Under the pieces are notes generated by a model. The model searched no databases and had not been told where the DNA came from. It saw nothing but the letters and a program-made list of their open reading frames with translations. A stretch of 61,858 bases of DNA, filler included, from Sphacelaria rigidula (taxonomy: Eukaryota), in the NCBI GenBank assembly GCA_964200075.2. It is 7 parts of 7 records of this genome, joined end to end, with 100 filler letters (N's around TTAATTAATTAA, not from the genome) between each part and the next. Parts side by side here need not be neighbours in the genome. Positions count along the whole stretch, not along the records: positions 1 to 8,753 come from CAXNAA020010189.1; positions 8,854 to 17,605 come from CAXNAA020010190.1; 5 more parts are not named here. The stretch is one strand, 5' to 3'. The translations under genes and the position numbers were made by a program. Shown here piece after piece: positions 1 to 12,400 of the stretch (positions within the stretch are counted from its first letter, which is position 1; each line of letters opens with the position of its first letter).

Positions 1-827
1 GTGTTCGGCGAGCGTGCAGCGCCGCGCCCCAAAGCGAAAAATGCGCCACCCTTTTTTGTATATTGTACTTTTTTTTTCTCATCTATACGTCGATACCTTA
101 TTCCTTCTCCAATTCCCGACTCGTAACACGAGTTATGGCTGGAACGATAGGAGCTGCATATACACGTCGAACGGTGTTGACACTAACGGGCGTTTGCCCA
201 CAACTTGACGCCCCGACGCTGTTACAGGCGAGACGAGATCGGTTGATCGAGCGGCCATGACTTCGGCGCGTCGTCCTATCCCTGTACACTGAGCTACAAG
301 TTGATCACACCTACGACACGCGATGCCGGCACAGGAGTCAAGATTCTAACCGTTTAGAAGGTGTCGTTCACGCCGAGAACAGCCCAAACCCGACGCCTAC
401 ATCCGACATAATCCAGGTCCCTTTTTTTTTTTTGTCATTCGAGAAAATTCGGTGATTTAAAAGTTAAACTACCCCCACAACCAGGTTATGCACGACTCTG
501 TCGCTGTTCGATTGGCGCAGTTTTGGCGATGGCATTCTTGTACTTACTGCATGGGGGGTACCGGGTGCGTCTCGCTGCGTGGCGTGAAAGCGTGTTTTGA
601 GTCTTCCGTTTTTATCACGCGCGGCGGAATTACATTAGACAATTACACCGGACCGGGCATATGACAATTTTGACATGCACAGTCAACAGTGCACTGGGAA
701 TGCTGCGAGATGGCGTTCGAACTCGTGAGCAGCTTCATTATGGGAAGGGATCTCAGAGACAATTGTCCGCACGTCGGACGAGTCATTACTTGTCGAAACG
801 AGTGCACTCGTGGATGTTTTTCGAAAA

Positions 828-1130
828 CACAACGAACATGACTCGTGTGCTCGAGTCATTACTGCTTTTTACAACGAGCAATGGCTCGTGTGCTCGAGTC
901 ATTACTTCTTTTTACGACGAGCTGTGACTCGTGCACTCGAGTCATTACCTTTTTCCACAATGAACTATGACTCGGGTGCTCGCCCTACTACTCTTTTCTC
1001 ACAACGAGCAATGACTCGAGTGCTCGCCCTATTATGCTTCTCTCACAACGAGCAATGACTCGAGTGTTCGCCCTATTATTATTTTTCCACATCGAGCAAT
1101 GACTCGAGTGCTCGCCCTATCAACTCTTCT
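828..1130. repeat. Minisatellite, 7 units of 43-44 bp with a palindromic core
   Basis: Units such as ACAACGAGCAATGACTCG(A/T)GTGCTCG(AGTCATTA/CCCTATTA)... start near 828, 871, 914, 957, 1001, 1045 and 1089. The first units contain an ATGACTCG..CGAGTCAT inverted repeat. Confidence 0.9.
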
Positions 1131-1937
1131 GGGACCGACCCCCCACTGACACGGGGTTGGCCATGTGTTCGCGAAATAATCAAAATAAGTCAGGGAGCGA
1201 CCTGCCCAATCACGGCGAGGCGAAATTTATCGACCAGACCCGAACGACCAGCGCGGGAGCTGTTGCCAAGTGTGGTGTCACCGCAAAGATCGTGTGGGGG
1301 CCCTGTCCCTGGCCGAGATAAACGCTTTCCCAGGTATGTAAAGGCAGGGTGCTCGGGGAACAATTTCTCGTTTTTCTTGCATTCAGTGTAGCGCTTCCGT
1401 GATTTCCCTAGAGTTTTTTGGGGTCGTCAGCCTATACTAAAACGTAGTATTCACACCAACACCCGATGGAGTGGGAAAACTGGGAAGGAGTGTAAATGCC
1501 ACAATATGGACATTTTCACGAGGCACCAAATGCAGGTGGGTCGTGTAAAGACAAAAGAAGCTACCGTAATGAACTCTGTTTATCCCCTCCGTCGATGACT
1601 TGCAGAACACTGTGAACACGTATGTAGAGGGGATGAAAAAGCTGTATATGGGCAGCTGATCTCTGCCGCCGAGAACAGCCCAGAACGTGCAAGGGAGTAT
1701 GTAGCGGCAGCTGCTGCTGCAGTCGGAGAGGCGTACTGCTCTGTACTGTCCTACACTGTATGTATGTGCGCCGCAGCCCTGATACCTTCCGAAGAGAATT
1801 TGCCGCATGCAACAAAGGGGGAAATGGCGGTCCACCCCGACCACAAAGGGCTGTGTGGCAAGGTGATGGGGACACAAGTATCATCCAACGCCACAAGTGG
1901 CGGGCGGCCCGCCGGTCGCCGCATCCTGTTGGAAGCT

Positions 1938-2292
1938 ATATTTTTCGAACGAAAATGTGCGGTGGAAAAGAAATCCCATCTGATTCGTCGTGATTTCAAC
2001 CATCGTAATTTTATATGTTGTTGACGATAGATTAAATCATGGTTCATCAGATGGAATATTATTTTTTTACGCCGTACTTTTTCTATCGAAAAATGATGGG
2101 CTGAGGGCGTGTCTTAGCACATTTTTTTCGATCGAAAAAGTGCGGTGGAAAAGGAAAACTCCGATCTGATAGGTCGTTATTTGAACCATCGTTGTTTATT
2201 TTGAAGATCGTTGAAATCACGACCAGTCAGATCGGGATTATAGTTTTCCACCACACTTTTTCGATCGAAATATCATGTGCTAAGACATGGCC
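1938..2292. mobile_element. Two tandem copies of a ~180-bp foldback/MITE-like element
   Basis: GTCTTAGCACAT..TTTCGATCGAAAAAGTGCGGTGGAAAA (~2111-2152) pairs with TTTTCCACCACACTTTTTCGATCGAAA..ATGTGCTAAGAC (~2244-2286). A more diverged copy with the same arms lies at ~1938-2095. Confidence 0.7.
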
Positions 2293-2458
2293 TGAGACAC
2301 GGCCTGAACGACCACAGCGCTGAGCGGATCCAAATTTTGCAGGTCGGATCATGACCGAAAATGGGAACAACATGGCATTTCGCTCAGCGCTGTGGGCGTA
2401 CAGAATCGATGAGGACCTCCAAAGTAGTATCCACACGATCGAGGGGCAGTACTAGTAA

Positions 2459-2882
2459 CCCATTTGGGACCGGACTCCCAGAAACGTGGGGGTTGCACCT
2501 AGGGACCTTTTTGTGAATCGGCATCAGTTCAGTCGTTCTCTAGAAAAAAATGTGAAGGAACGGAGCGTAGCGGGATCCGCGGTTTGTGTATCGGCACGAA
2601 TCGTTACATAGTGCAACGGATCAAGCTGCCGGATTACAGCGAAGCGAGAAGCGGATTCGGCGTAGTCGGGAAAAGGAGTGGTAACAACAGTACAGTACGG
2701 CATGTACTCAGCAAAATCGTCCAGCAACGCACCAGGTGATTCCGTTTCGTTTCCTTGCATATGCTTGCCGCGGAACATTCAATAAAATTATTCCAGATTC
2801 ACAAGAGGAGCAAAGTGTCGGTTCACAAAAAAAGGCCCCTCAGTGCAACCCCCACGTTTCTTCGAGCCCGGTCCCGAAAAGG
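2459..2882. mobile_element. piggyBac-like MITE, degraded copy with an internal insertion
   Basis: ~60-bp TIRs CCCATTTGGGACCGGACTCCCAGAAACGTGGGGGTTGCAC... / ...GTGCAACCCCCACGTTTCTTCGAGCCCGGTCCCGAAAAGG, flanked by degenerate TTAA sites (GTAA/TCAA). Same family as 3536-3696. Confidence 0.65.
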
Positions 2883-3411
2883 TCAAATGCGTGCATCAAT
2901 CATCTTTGACCGTGGCACGCCCTTTTGTATAACAAAAGGGTACTACTCACTGGGCGTCCGAAGTCCGTGGACTTGAGTTTGAAGGAAACAGGCAGCACCG
3001 TTTCGAAGTTGACTGTCAGGGGCAGGTATGTTGAACCTCATTTTCGAAATAAACTCTACCGCATTCTCATTTCGGTGCCTCTTCTTGTGAGGCCTTGAGA
3101 AGCCTTGTTTCAAACTTGAACCATCGGGTTTCGGGACAATAGGCATGCTAACGACCCGCTGGTCGGTACGATTTGACCGAGGTAAATATTTTTTCGGTCA
3201 ATCGGAAGGTGTCTTTTGCCCGGCCGATATTTCCCCGTCGAATGTAAGTGTTTTCAAACCAAAGCACGTACGAGGTAGGCCAGTCAAGAGTTCCCTTTGG
3301 CGGTTAATAGGTGATGGCGCATCTTGGTCTGAGGAGTTAGGCGCGGATGCCTTGACAACACGCGAAGCAGTTTTCAAGCAAGTAAGAAAAAAAAGAAAAA
3401 CAGAAAGCTAG

Positions 3412-3490
3412 TGTGTGTGTTGTCGTCCCATCTGTTATGGACGCCGGTCTACAGCTTTCGGTATATGTGGGCGGACCAGCCGGGGTCACA
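3412..3490 (-). mobile_element. 3' fragment of the tRNA-derived SINE seen at 51261-51605
   Basis: GTGTTGTCGTCCCATCTGTT..CTTTCGGTATATGTGGGCGGACCAGCCGGGGTCACA matches 51261-51335; (CA)n tail on the minus strand. Confidence 0.7.
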
Positions 3491-3535
3491 TTAGTGCGAT
3501 TTGAAATTCCAGCGAAAAACTAGGTGATGCCTTAA

Positions 3536-3696
3536 CCCTTTTGGGACTGGACTCCCAGTAATATGGTGTTTGCACGCAGCGGCTATTTTGCGACCCAGCG
3601 TTATTTTCATTCGTTTTCAAGTGAAAATGATTCCGATTCACAAAAAAGGCCGCTGCGCGCAAACACCATGTTTCTGGGAGTTCGGTCCCCAAAGGA
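3536..3696. mobile_element. piggyBac-like MITE (~160 bp)
   Basis: TTAA at 3532-3535 and 3697-3700. CCCTTTTGGGACTGGACTCCCAG.. and ..CTGGGAGTTCGGTCCCCAAAGGA form the TIRs. A second left TIR (CCCTTTTGGGACCGG) starts at 3701 and shares the TTAA. Confidence 0.8.
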
Positions 3697-5680
3697 TTAA
3701 CCCTTTTGGGACCGGGCCTCCAGAACGACCAATGAGGCTGTTCAGGAATGACGTGTCTGATGTCTGCACGAAACAGACAGTGTCGTGTGTGAAAATCCGC
3801 GCATGTAGCCGCAGGGTTATGACTAAGACCGAAAGTTTCATCCAATCTATTTTCAGGTGCAGGGTGCGCATTAGGTGGTATACATCTGATGTAGCAAGCA
3901 GTATGGGTCGCGGTAGAGCACGCCCTCTCAGAGCCGGTGAAAGCCGAGAGATGTTTCCACGCTATCGAGCCGTATTACTAAACGTACGTGATTTGTTTCT
4001 CTCGCTTTTCCTCCTTGCCACAGGTGTGGATTGACAAAAAACAACATTGAGTGTGACAGTTTCAGGCTAGGACAAGCTCAAGCACCGAGAGCGCGGTTTC
4101 CGGCGTTGAACCTCATTTTGGGTGATAAGCTTCCTTTCCGATAAAACAAATCTCGCAGCGTGTCGTAGGACAGGTCCAGGATAGGTCCTGCGTGTTTATG
4201 TGAGAACGAGTTTGACCGTCAAGACGCACGGGCCATCAAAATAAACTGTTCTCAAAACCAGAAGGATTTGATTTCTACGCAGGTCAAGGGTAGTCAATGA
4301 CTTCCGCTGCAGGGACTCAAGTCTCGGTGATTACACGACTCAGACGGGGGCTTGTTGGATATGTGGGAAGTTACGAGTATGGTACCACCGCGCCTCGCTG
4401 CCCACACTGGTACTTGTCCGCCAGTTCGGCGGCGTGAACGCCGACATTAATGGTTCATCAACTCTTGGAAGGCCGGCGTGGGTCATCTGGGCCTCGCACT
4501 CATTCTTCTTTCAACTTGAAAACGATGCCGATTCAGCGATAACCCCACCCTGGCGCTCAAAGGGTAAAAGCGATTTTCGTTGCGGAAAGCGCACGAAACC
4601 GTAGATTGTGAAATCGACTTGTTCACATTTCATTTTTCATGTAAAAAAATGATGCCAGTTCGCAAGACGGCGACGGCTGAGCGGTCGCGTACTTCGACAG
4701 GCAGCGGCCGTCATGTTCCGGCGAAAATTAGATTCTAACTTCCCGATCATCCATCTGCGAGGGACAAGAGGGCTACGGTCGAAGGAATGGAAGAAAAAAA
4801 CCCGATGGAGGGCAACGTGCTGGGGGGAAGTGCGAATTCAATGCTCTACTTGTATTACAAATTAAAACGCAGTTACCGGGAGAAAGATGGATGTATCACT
4901 CGACACTGCGGGCCCGTCATGAGAAGGAGCAGAAGAGGGTGAAAACGCGGGAGAAAAATGACTTCCTTGCACTCTTGCAGGCGACCACCCGAAGTGTTCA
5001 GATGAAGAGAGAGAGTAGGCACCAATGAGGGTGCGCTTCGAGTTCACCAGTCAGGGCAACACTGCATCCAACACTCTGCATGCTGAGTGCGGGATGCAGT
5101 CCTCACACCTACGGCGTCTATGACAGGCGATGAGGACCGGGCACAGCTTGATTTATATGTTTCAGAGGTGGTCACATCTAGAGTGCGAAGTCCGTACTAC
5201 TGTATGTGCGCTCGGCCTCGAGTCGTGGGGACTCTCTTGAGTGTTCGACTACTACCTGTTCGACACTGACCAGACCGCAGGCAAATAGGCAAAGACCTCA
5301 TGTTGGGTTCGGCTCACGTGGATACATGGCTTGGACGCAAGCTCCGTCAGCACCAGTTAGTTGGGAAGAAGAGGGGGCGAATCCAGCCTTGGACTGCGAG
5401 CTGCAGTCATTTTGAGTTAATGTGTACCCGTTCGTGACGTGTGCTTTAGGCATGGCCTTTTCTGCAGAACATTTCGAGGGATTCGCAGGCGGACCGCACC
5501 TGAATCCCTGCGATACTGTCTGTACTGTCACGGTCTGTACACAGGAGGTCGGATATTGTTTGGCTGCAACGGCTGCCTCCGCGGTATCGGAAGTAGAGGA
5601 TTGAAGCGTAGCGGAATATCTGAGGTGCGCGGATCGAGATGAATCGCCCGACGAAGCACCATTTGGGTACCGGATTGCAT

Positions 5681-5758
5681 GTGACTACGGAAGGCGTCCG
5701 CATCAGATGCCCAGTACGAATGTACCGCGCAGATATCGGAACGGTTTTTAATGTGAAG

Positions 5759-5790
<32 letters not shown>
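5681..5790 (+). mobile_element. 3' end of a non-LTR retroposon (SINE/LINE) with (CAA)n tail
   Basis: ..CAGATGCCCAGTACGAATGTACCGCGCAGATATCGGAACGG..TTAATGTGAAGA(CAA)n; a near-identical copy lies on another contig at 61097-61230. Confidence 0.75.
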
Positions 5791-8753
5791 TGCATTAAAG
5801 TACGGATGTAAATGTACATACTCGAGGACGATTGGTCGTTGGAAGAGAGAGAACCAGAATGTTGTGGTGACACCGTTCAATGTTTTCAGCTAATAATAAG
5901 GAGCACAACCACCGTTCACCTGTACCCATTTATGATGGATCACAAAATGCTACAATTGGAGTCCGTACGTACATACCTGCTGCTGTCTGCTACGCCTTCC
6001 CGATATTGCAATGCCTGTTCTGCTGCTTCATGAAAACGGACCACACCCTCGACAAAATACCACATCGTCAAAAAGCGTACCGCGTACAACAGTATCGACC
6101 ACTCCGTCCATTGTAAAAGACAACAGATACTATACTATACGCAGTACACTTTTATGAACAAAATAATATCCTTGCCGAGGGTGTGGAATAGACTACATTT
6201 CCCCCTAGATTCGTGGATTTACGGGGAGCAAATTCAGACTCCCGATCCTATAACCTAGGTATCGTGCTACACCGGGTCTTCGGCATCAACGAGTACTCCC
6301 CTCGTTATTTCACGTCCGGTCTTTGTTTTGCTGTACTGGTGGTCGCGGCTGGCGTGGCGGAAACATGGCGCAGGGTGTGATATGAATGTGAACCCTGCTA
6401 CGCTTGTGTAGTGGACAATGATTGAGGCGGCCGAACGTTTCTGACGTGGATCTATGATTGATTTCTTCGAACAAACTAACAATAACGCTCACCCTTACCC
6501 CGATCCAGGGCGTACCAGATCCTCGGGCAAGGAGGGTGCATAGCCTCGTCGAGCCAAAGTGTGCATTGGCAGCCCTCGAATCGACGCCTGAGGCGCCGAT
6601 TTCGACAAAAACACATCCTGGACGCTGGGTCCATTGTTCACCTGCCCCAATCCATAGTTTTTCTCAGAACTTTCTCGAGTCTAAAATCAGGTAGTCATGT
6701 TGTCAACTAAAGATATACGCCCAAAGCTATGAAGATTGAGCTTCGTAGGTCTACTGCAATGATTGGGGCTCTCTCGGTGGTGCTGTCAGGCCTTCACCAG
6801 TTGGGTGGTATCTGAGGCCTTGCAAGGTCAATCGTGCTATGCGAATGCATCCATCATTCGTCATTCAAGAGACAGTCAACCGCGTCCTGTACCGAGAAAC
6901 CCTCAAATCCTCAGGCAAGTAGTTTTTCGTTGATGCTTTGCTTGTCGCCGCACACGTTTCCAAGACGCATCGCACACGAACTATTCCGCGGGACGGAAGG
7001 ATCTAAAGAAAAGACTGTCTAACAAGTGCTGAAACGACGGTCGGCGCTGGAAGGTGTACTGTTTGCGCCTAGTTACCACTCATGACACTAGAAACGACGG
7101 CACTACTGCACTACTGAATAATGTTCTACTGCAGACTGTACACGGGAAAACATCGTCGAGACAGTTTGGTGTCGACAACGGTGCGGTTAGAACAACAACA
7201 GTACAGTAGTCACCCGTACATGAAGGAACAATGCAAAACAACGGCGGAGTAAATAACCCGACTCCGTTAGAAGCAAAACATTTCCGAAACACAGAGACAC
7301 AATGACGAATGAAATGGGCTTGCAAGACATGGCACCATATTTGTAGTCACCACATCACGTCGTTGCACAACAGGCTGAAAGTACAAGCCATGTTTTCTCT
7401 TCAGCCACGCATGACATCATCTCATAGTGGGTTGCACCGAGTGACACCGTCCGCTTCAGCGTACAGGTTTCCGTTACGGGTGTTACCATTCTGTATCATT
7501 ACACGATAAAATACGTGTCAAGAGTGTAGTACCTGCGATATTTATGACTATGTTCACGCAAAGTAGAGTTACGCTTACCATGGTGGGCGTTCGAAAAAGT
7601 CCCCACGCGTTGGTAGCTAACCCTCATGCCTTCCACTTCGGGGGGTTCCTCGCATTCCGTCACCGTCACACCCATTCACAGACAGTAGCGATCAAATGCT
7701 CACATTCACATCTATACATTTTTGTTCGTGCAATCAGATCGTTTAGTGTCATGGTCTAAAATTGATTTCGTGATGACCATACCCCAGCGCGAGTGTGGCG
7801 GTTGATGGATTCGACCGCACAAGGGGTAAATGTTTCATACATGCGTGTGGCTGTGAGGTACTGTCTACTGCCACCATTACTGTTGTGGGCGAACGCTGCG
7901 CCCGATACTTGTGTCGGCGTTATGGGTCTTCATGATGCAGCACCAATCAGGCGGTCGGCGCGGTTGAAAGGGGGTAAGGTATGTCTGGGTCTTTTTCGCC
8001 TCTTCTATAGCGGAGTAGAAGAGTAGTCCACGCAACGCCCACGTTATATAATAGTACAACGACAGCACAACAACATAACAGTGCACTATCGTGTGCGGCT
8101 GTAGAAGTCATCAGGCCGCGAACAGTACCGCAAAACAACACGGACAGTCCAAAGGAAAAGAGTAACAAGCAGACGGTACAGCAAGAGTAGTGGCAACAGG
8201 ACTGTCTCATCATGTCTGCAGACAGGCAGTTGCGCGCAGTGTGCAAGAGACATGTTGATGATTAGTTATTGATTAGTGTCACGTTTTATAGCACCCTTAC
8301 AGAAACAAGACAAGGTGGAGCGAGCAGAATCGACGGGCATATTATCACAATTAACGTATGCTGCAAGAATCTATGAAAATATTCCATAGCTACGTAATGC
8401 AGTAATCTGGCCCAATTTTATCGATCACAGCGCACAAACCGGCGATGCACATATCCCAAAAGCGTACAGAATAGATACATGTCTTGTAAGAGTCGTCGGT
8501 CATTTTCCATTTTGGCATCTGATACGTGCAGTACTTGCAGGTACTTGCACATAACTCATGCATGCTGTGCCACCAGGCGGATATTTTCATCACACGCACG
8601 AGTAGGACCCGCCTGCAACCGCCGTTCGAGGCCTCCTGGTTTCGTCGCTAACACCGTGTTTTTCGTTTACGGCAACGGTACAGTACAGTTATAGGCTGGG
8701 CCGCCTAAGACGCGGACAGGGATGTGAACACGCGATTTAACAGCTGAGTTTCA

Positions 8754-8853
8754 NNNNNNNNNNNNNNNNNNNNNNNNNNNNNNNNNNNNNNNNNNNNTTA
8801 ATTAATTAANNNNNNNNNNNNNNNNNNNNNNNNNNNNNNNNNNNNNNNNNNNN
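8754..8853. other. Artificial contig linker (N44-TTAATTAATTAA-N44); identical copies at 17606-17705, 26458-26557, 35309-35408, 44159-44258, 53009-53108
   Basis: Six identical 100-bp spacers carry a six-frame stop cassette and separate segments of 8753, 8752, 8752, 8751, 8750, 8750 and 8750 bp. Confidence 0.98.
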
Positions 8854-8946
8854 AAAACCTGGCGTGCTCCGTCCCGGCTTTGTAGGGATGCAAGGTCGAT
8901 TGCCATATGACTACGGCATGCAAGATCATGAGTACACCCCCTTTCC
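8854..8946 (-). repeat. Interspersed repeat family A, partial copy at contig start
   Basis: Reverse complement of GTGTACTCATGATCTTGCATGCCGTAGTCA..GACCT(T/C)GCATCCCTACAAAGCCGGGACGGAGCACGCC, as seen at 15112, 55731 and 57347. Confidence 0.85.
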
Positions 8947-8997
8947 CCCGCCCCGCCCCCCAATCAAAACCCGCAAAATTCGCTTGACATGTTGTAG

Positions 8998-9403
8998 CTG
9001 CCTCGAAGAAACGGGGGACGACCTGTCCAAAGCCCTGCCCCTGTACTCGCGTCGACGGGCCCCGGAGGCGAAAGATCTCGTCAAGCTGTCCAGGGGGTTC
9101 GATCGAACGGGCATCGCTGGATTATTCGGTTTCATCTTGCCGCTCATCGTCGACAGCATCTCGCACAAGCTCGCGCCCGCGATTTTCGCGCCCAACACGA
9201 TTGCCTTTCTGCAGAAGGAGGGGTTCACGTTCCGGCAGATTCGGCTGCGGAAGCTGTTGGACCGATTTTCTCAAGGTCTCGTGTTTGCGACGATTTCGGG
9301 GTTGTCGTTCTGGGTAGCGCGTGCGGTGTGGACGGGAGTCTTGGGACCGTTGATCGCACCCCTGCTCGGACCGATCGTGACGAGTATATCTACCAAGATT
9401 TGA
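8998..9403 (+). CDS. Terminal exon of an FAD-dependent monooxygenase (kynurenine 3-monooxygenase-like), 5'-partial
   Basis: Acceptor TTGTAG| at 8997, stop TGA ending 9403. Peptide CLEETGDDLSKALPLYSRRRAPEAKDLVKLSRGFDRTGIAGLFGFILPLIVDSISHKLAPAIFAPNTIAFLQKE..RKLLDR plus a C-terminal TM segment matches the pattern I recall for the C-terminus of algal/plant KMO-like flavoproteins. Confidence 0.75.
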
Positions 9404-12400
9404 CCGAGGACGGCCGTAGTGTGAAAAGCTTTTTCCTCGTATTTTTGGTGCTGTTTTTTCGTTTTGTTCTTGTTTTTGTTTCCCTTGAGGTCATAACCTT
9501 TTGTATGCAATTTGTTATGTACCTCACTCGCCGAATTCTCGTGTGTGCCCTAAGGAGGGTGAGGGGTGCCCCTCCCCTCCCCCCCCGAAAAAAATCAACT
9601 AATTTAAGCTACCACCAGACGTAGTTACGCCCTGAAGAACTGAATTGATTGAGGGCATGAATAAGTGTTGCTGATGCTGTAGTAACCTTCATTGAAGATA
9701 TGAAGCCATGGAGATGCTCATGGGGAAAAAGCAAGCAAATTGGAAACATAATTATGAAGAATTTTCTAGGTTGACAGTGCCTATGCTTGGGACATTTTTG
9801 GATATTTTTCTAGTAAGATTTTGATATTTGTCCCCTCTTCTTTGGATGTTCGACGTTTAATTTCCCACCATCTACCGCAATCCTTCAGCTACTGCAGTCA
9901 CCTTCAGAGTATTTCAAACTTCTCTCTGACCAACGCCGTTTTCGGCCAAAGCGAAGAGGGGAAATGGGGAGCGGGGAGGTGCTAATTTCGAGAGATGCGA
10001 CATGCAACCCTCTGTTGTTTTGATGATTTAGAATACTATGGCACGTCTCTTACCGTTGGTGAGGAAGCTATTCGACCCCTTGAAGTCATCTGGGCACCAA
10101 AGCTTAGAATGATCGAATGGGTTCAGTCATAGCAACTAGCTGCTATAGTTGTTCTTTTCGCGTCTCGTGTCGTTCGGTACCGCACTGCTTCACCCATCAC
10201 GACTACTCTCTCGAAATGTATCATGCGTCGTATGTGTATAGTTGATAGTGATATCATGTGGATAGCAACGAACAGAAAGGCATATCACGAGATCGCAGAG
10301 AAGAACAAAATGTCGGGGGATCATCGTTCAACCCTCTACCTCCAACGCCTGAGGTCCCCAAGAGAGGTTCCCAAAAAAGGTTGCGCGGTACAAGTAGTAG
10401 CACTACATTCGTGTGGTTTGCTTCACACAAACAAAATCATCGGTCGCGCACCTACACCAATCAAGTCTCCTCCGTTCTTGTCGGCCATGGTGGTGTGTAG
10501 TACGTGAGAGCATCGGCGGTGCCGAGTGGGATCTTCTTGAGTCGAGTCCGATTGGTAGCCATCGCACTACTCGGTCTTCAAGGTACTCGGAAGGAGTAAC
10601 ATAGGACCCTCTGAAGACGTACAATCGTACAGCGCTTCGCCACGAGCTTGGTTTTCTCGGTTTCCTCCATTCAGAGATAGCAACTAGCTATTTGTGTTCT
10701 GACTGGCGTGATAAGCTGGGATCCAAGATACTGCACACAAGTGGTACGAACAAACTGGTTGGTGCATCGTATTCGGAGGCATTTCATCGAGGCCTTGATT
10801 ATTTGTCGAGGAATAGAGTCTTGCATCTGCATTTTCTGCGCGGCGATCATCACAACCGTCGGGGCGTATTTTTCGTGATGTTTGAGTTTTTCTTTGTGTG
10901 AGGAGCAAATAATGTTTCCGGTGGCAGTCCCAGGCCGCGAAGTTTGCCCTGGGCCAGCGAAACAGTTTAAAAGTATCAAAGTACGCCATGTTCAAGTCTC
11001 TCCCGAGATCGTGTCAACGCGTCGCCTACCCTTCTGCTTTCAAGGCTCTGGAACTCGCAAGCGCGACCTTGCGATGTCAAATGAATCTCGTACGTGAATT
11101 TATCAACCCAAAACGTGCAAATGTGCGCAGACCGCGTATCTCATCCGTGCTTGGTGGTTTTAAGCGGGACAAAATACCGTAGTACGCATCATCAACGACC
11201 AAGGGACCCTCTCGCCACAAGACGAGCTTGATTGTTCGGAACGTCACGGTTGACCCTTGCCGGATCTCATGATAGACATAACTCTCATCATTACTGCGTC
11301 CAGGCATGAAAAATGTCGTCACGAATTACTTTGAGGCTGCTGTATATTGGAGCCATCTATCTCACGGTAGGGTGGATAGGTGGGGGGGTGAGGGGGGGGG
11401 GGGTCGAACGAATTGTTACCCAACACAGTCTGAACCGTTTGTTGACCTGAAGGACTGACATGAGATAGCAAAGACTGCGTCTAAACGGTCTTGATGATGT
11501 CGTCATCCAATGATGACTTAGGTAGCTCAACGTTTTCAGATCAGCTCGTCATCTCCTTCTTCTCCACTAGGAGATTCCTCCGGATCCCTTGCGGATCACA
11601 CCCATACGTGGTGTGTACGTTGACGATAACATGCACGCTCCCTCAACTCCGCTGCCGAATTCGTACCCGGTATCTTTTTTCTGCAGAACTGCTGCAAGGC
11701 CGAAGGACGCAACGATACTGAAGTTATTAGAGATGAACCACAGTATTTGAGATGCATGATAGGTGGTGCTCGGACCGATACCATACCCACACTGATGCAG
11801 CATGTCTCCTCTATAATTTCAGCGCATAATGTTACCACGCCTCGATGGCGTACTCGGATGTTGGAATCGTGCGGGTTTCAATGGTCGGCGAAACAAACAC
11901 ACCATCTACGAGATTCCGTGGCAGCGCATGGCGGCCCCTAAGCAGGCGATTATTATTGAAGATTGAAAACAACAAAGGACTTTTTACTTCGGGATAATCG
12001 ATGTTCGCATCTCGTCTATATGCCGACGAGATTAGGTGACCTTCGACCGCATTGGAATGTCTAAAATTCCTCTTGTGCATACCAAGAATGACTTGAGAAC
12101 GTGTGTACAAAGTTGTGATCATTGCGAGGTGAATGCAACGAACATTCGAGCTCATTCTTGATCCGAACAAGAAGTGGATAACTTCGTTTGCTGTCCTGCC
12201 TTACTAAAATATATCCCTCAATCAAGAATAGCGCAGTAAGATTCACAATACCCAGCGTCACTGAATATTTCAAGACGTCGGGTGGTGCCCCTACACAAGA
12301 AGAGCTCTTACACAACCTCAGGGTTACGATGCCCCTGAATACTATTCTACATGTTTCATTTCGAGCAATGGTCCCCAAATACCCCCACAGTTGTCACACA

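Noticed and set aside
828..1130. CRISPR-like array of palindromic repeats (also 43518-44097)
   Set aside because: There are no unique 25-45-bp spacers; the whole unit is repeated with point variation. The context is eukaryotic, with no cas genes.
5639..5893. Poly-Thr / poly-Val ORFs (also 61091-61463)
   Set aside because: These are translations of the (CAA)n retroposon tail.
8864..8997. N-terminal 45 aa of the 179-aa ORF
   Set aside because: It derives from repeat family A and intron sequence; the real exon starts after the AG at 8997.
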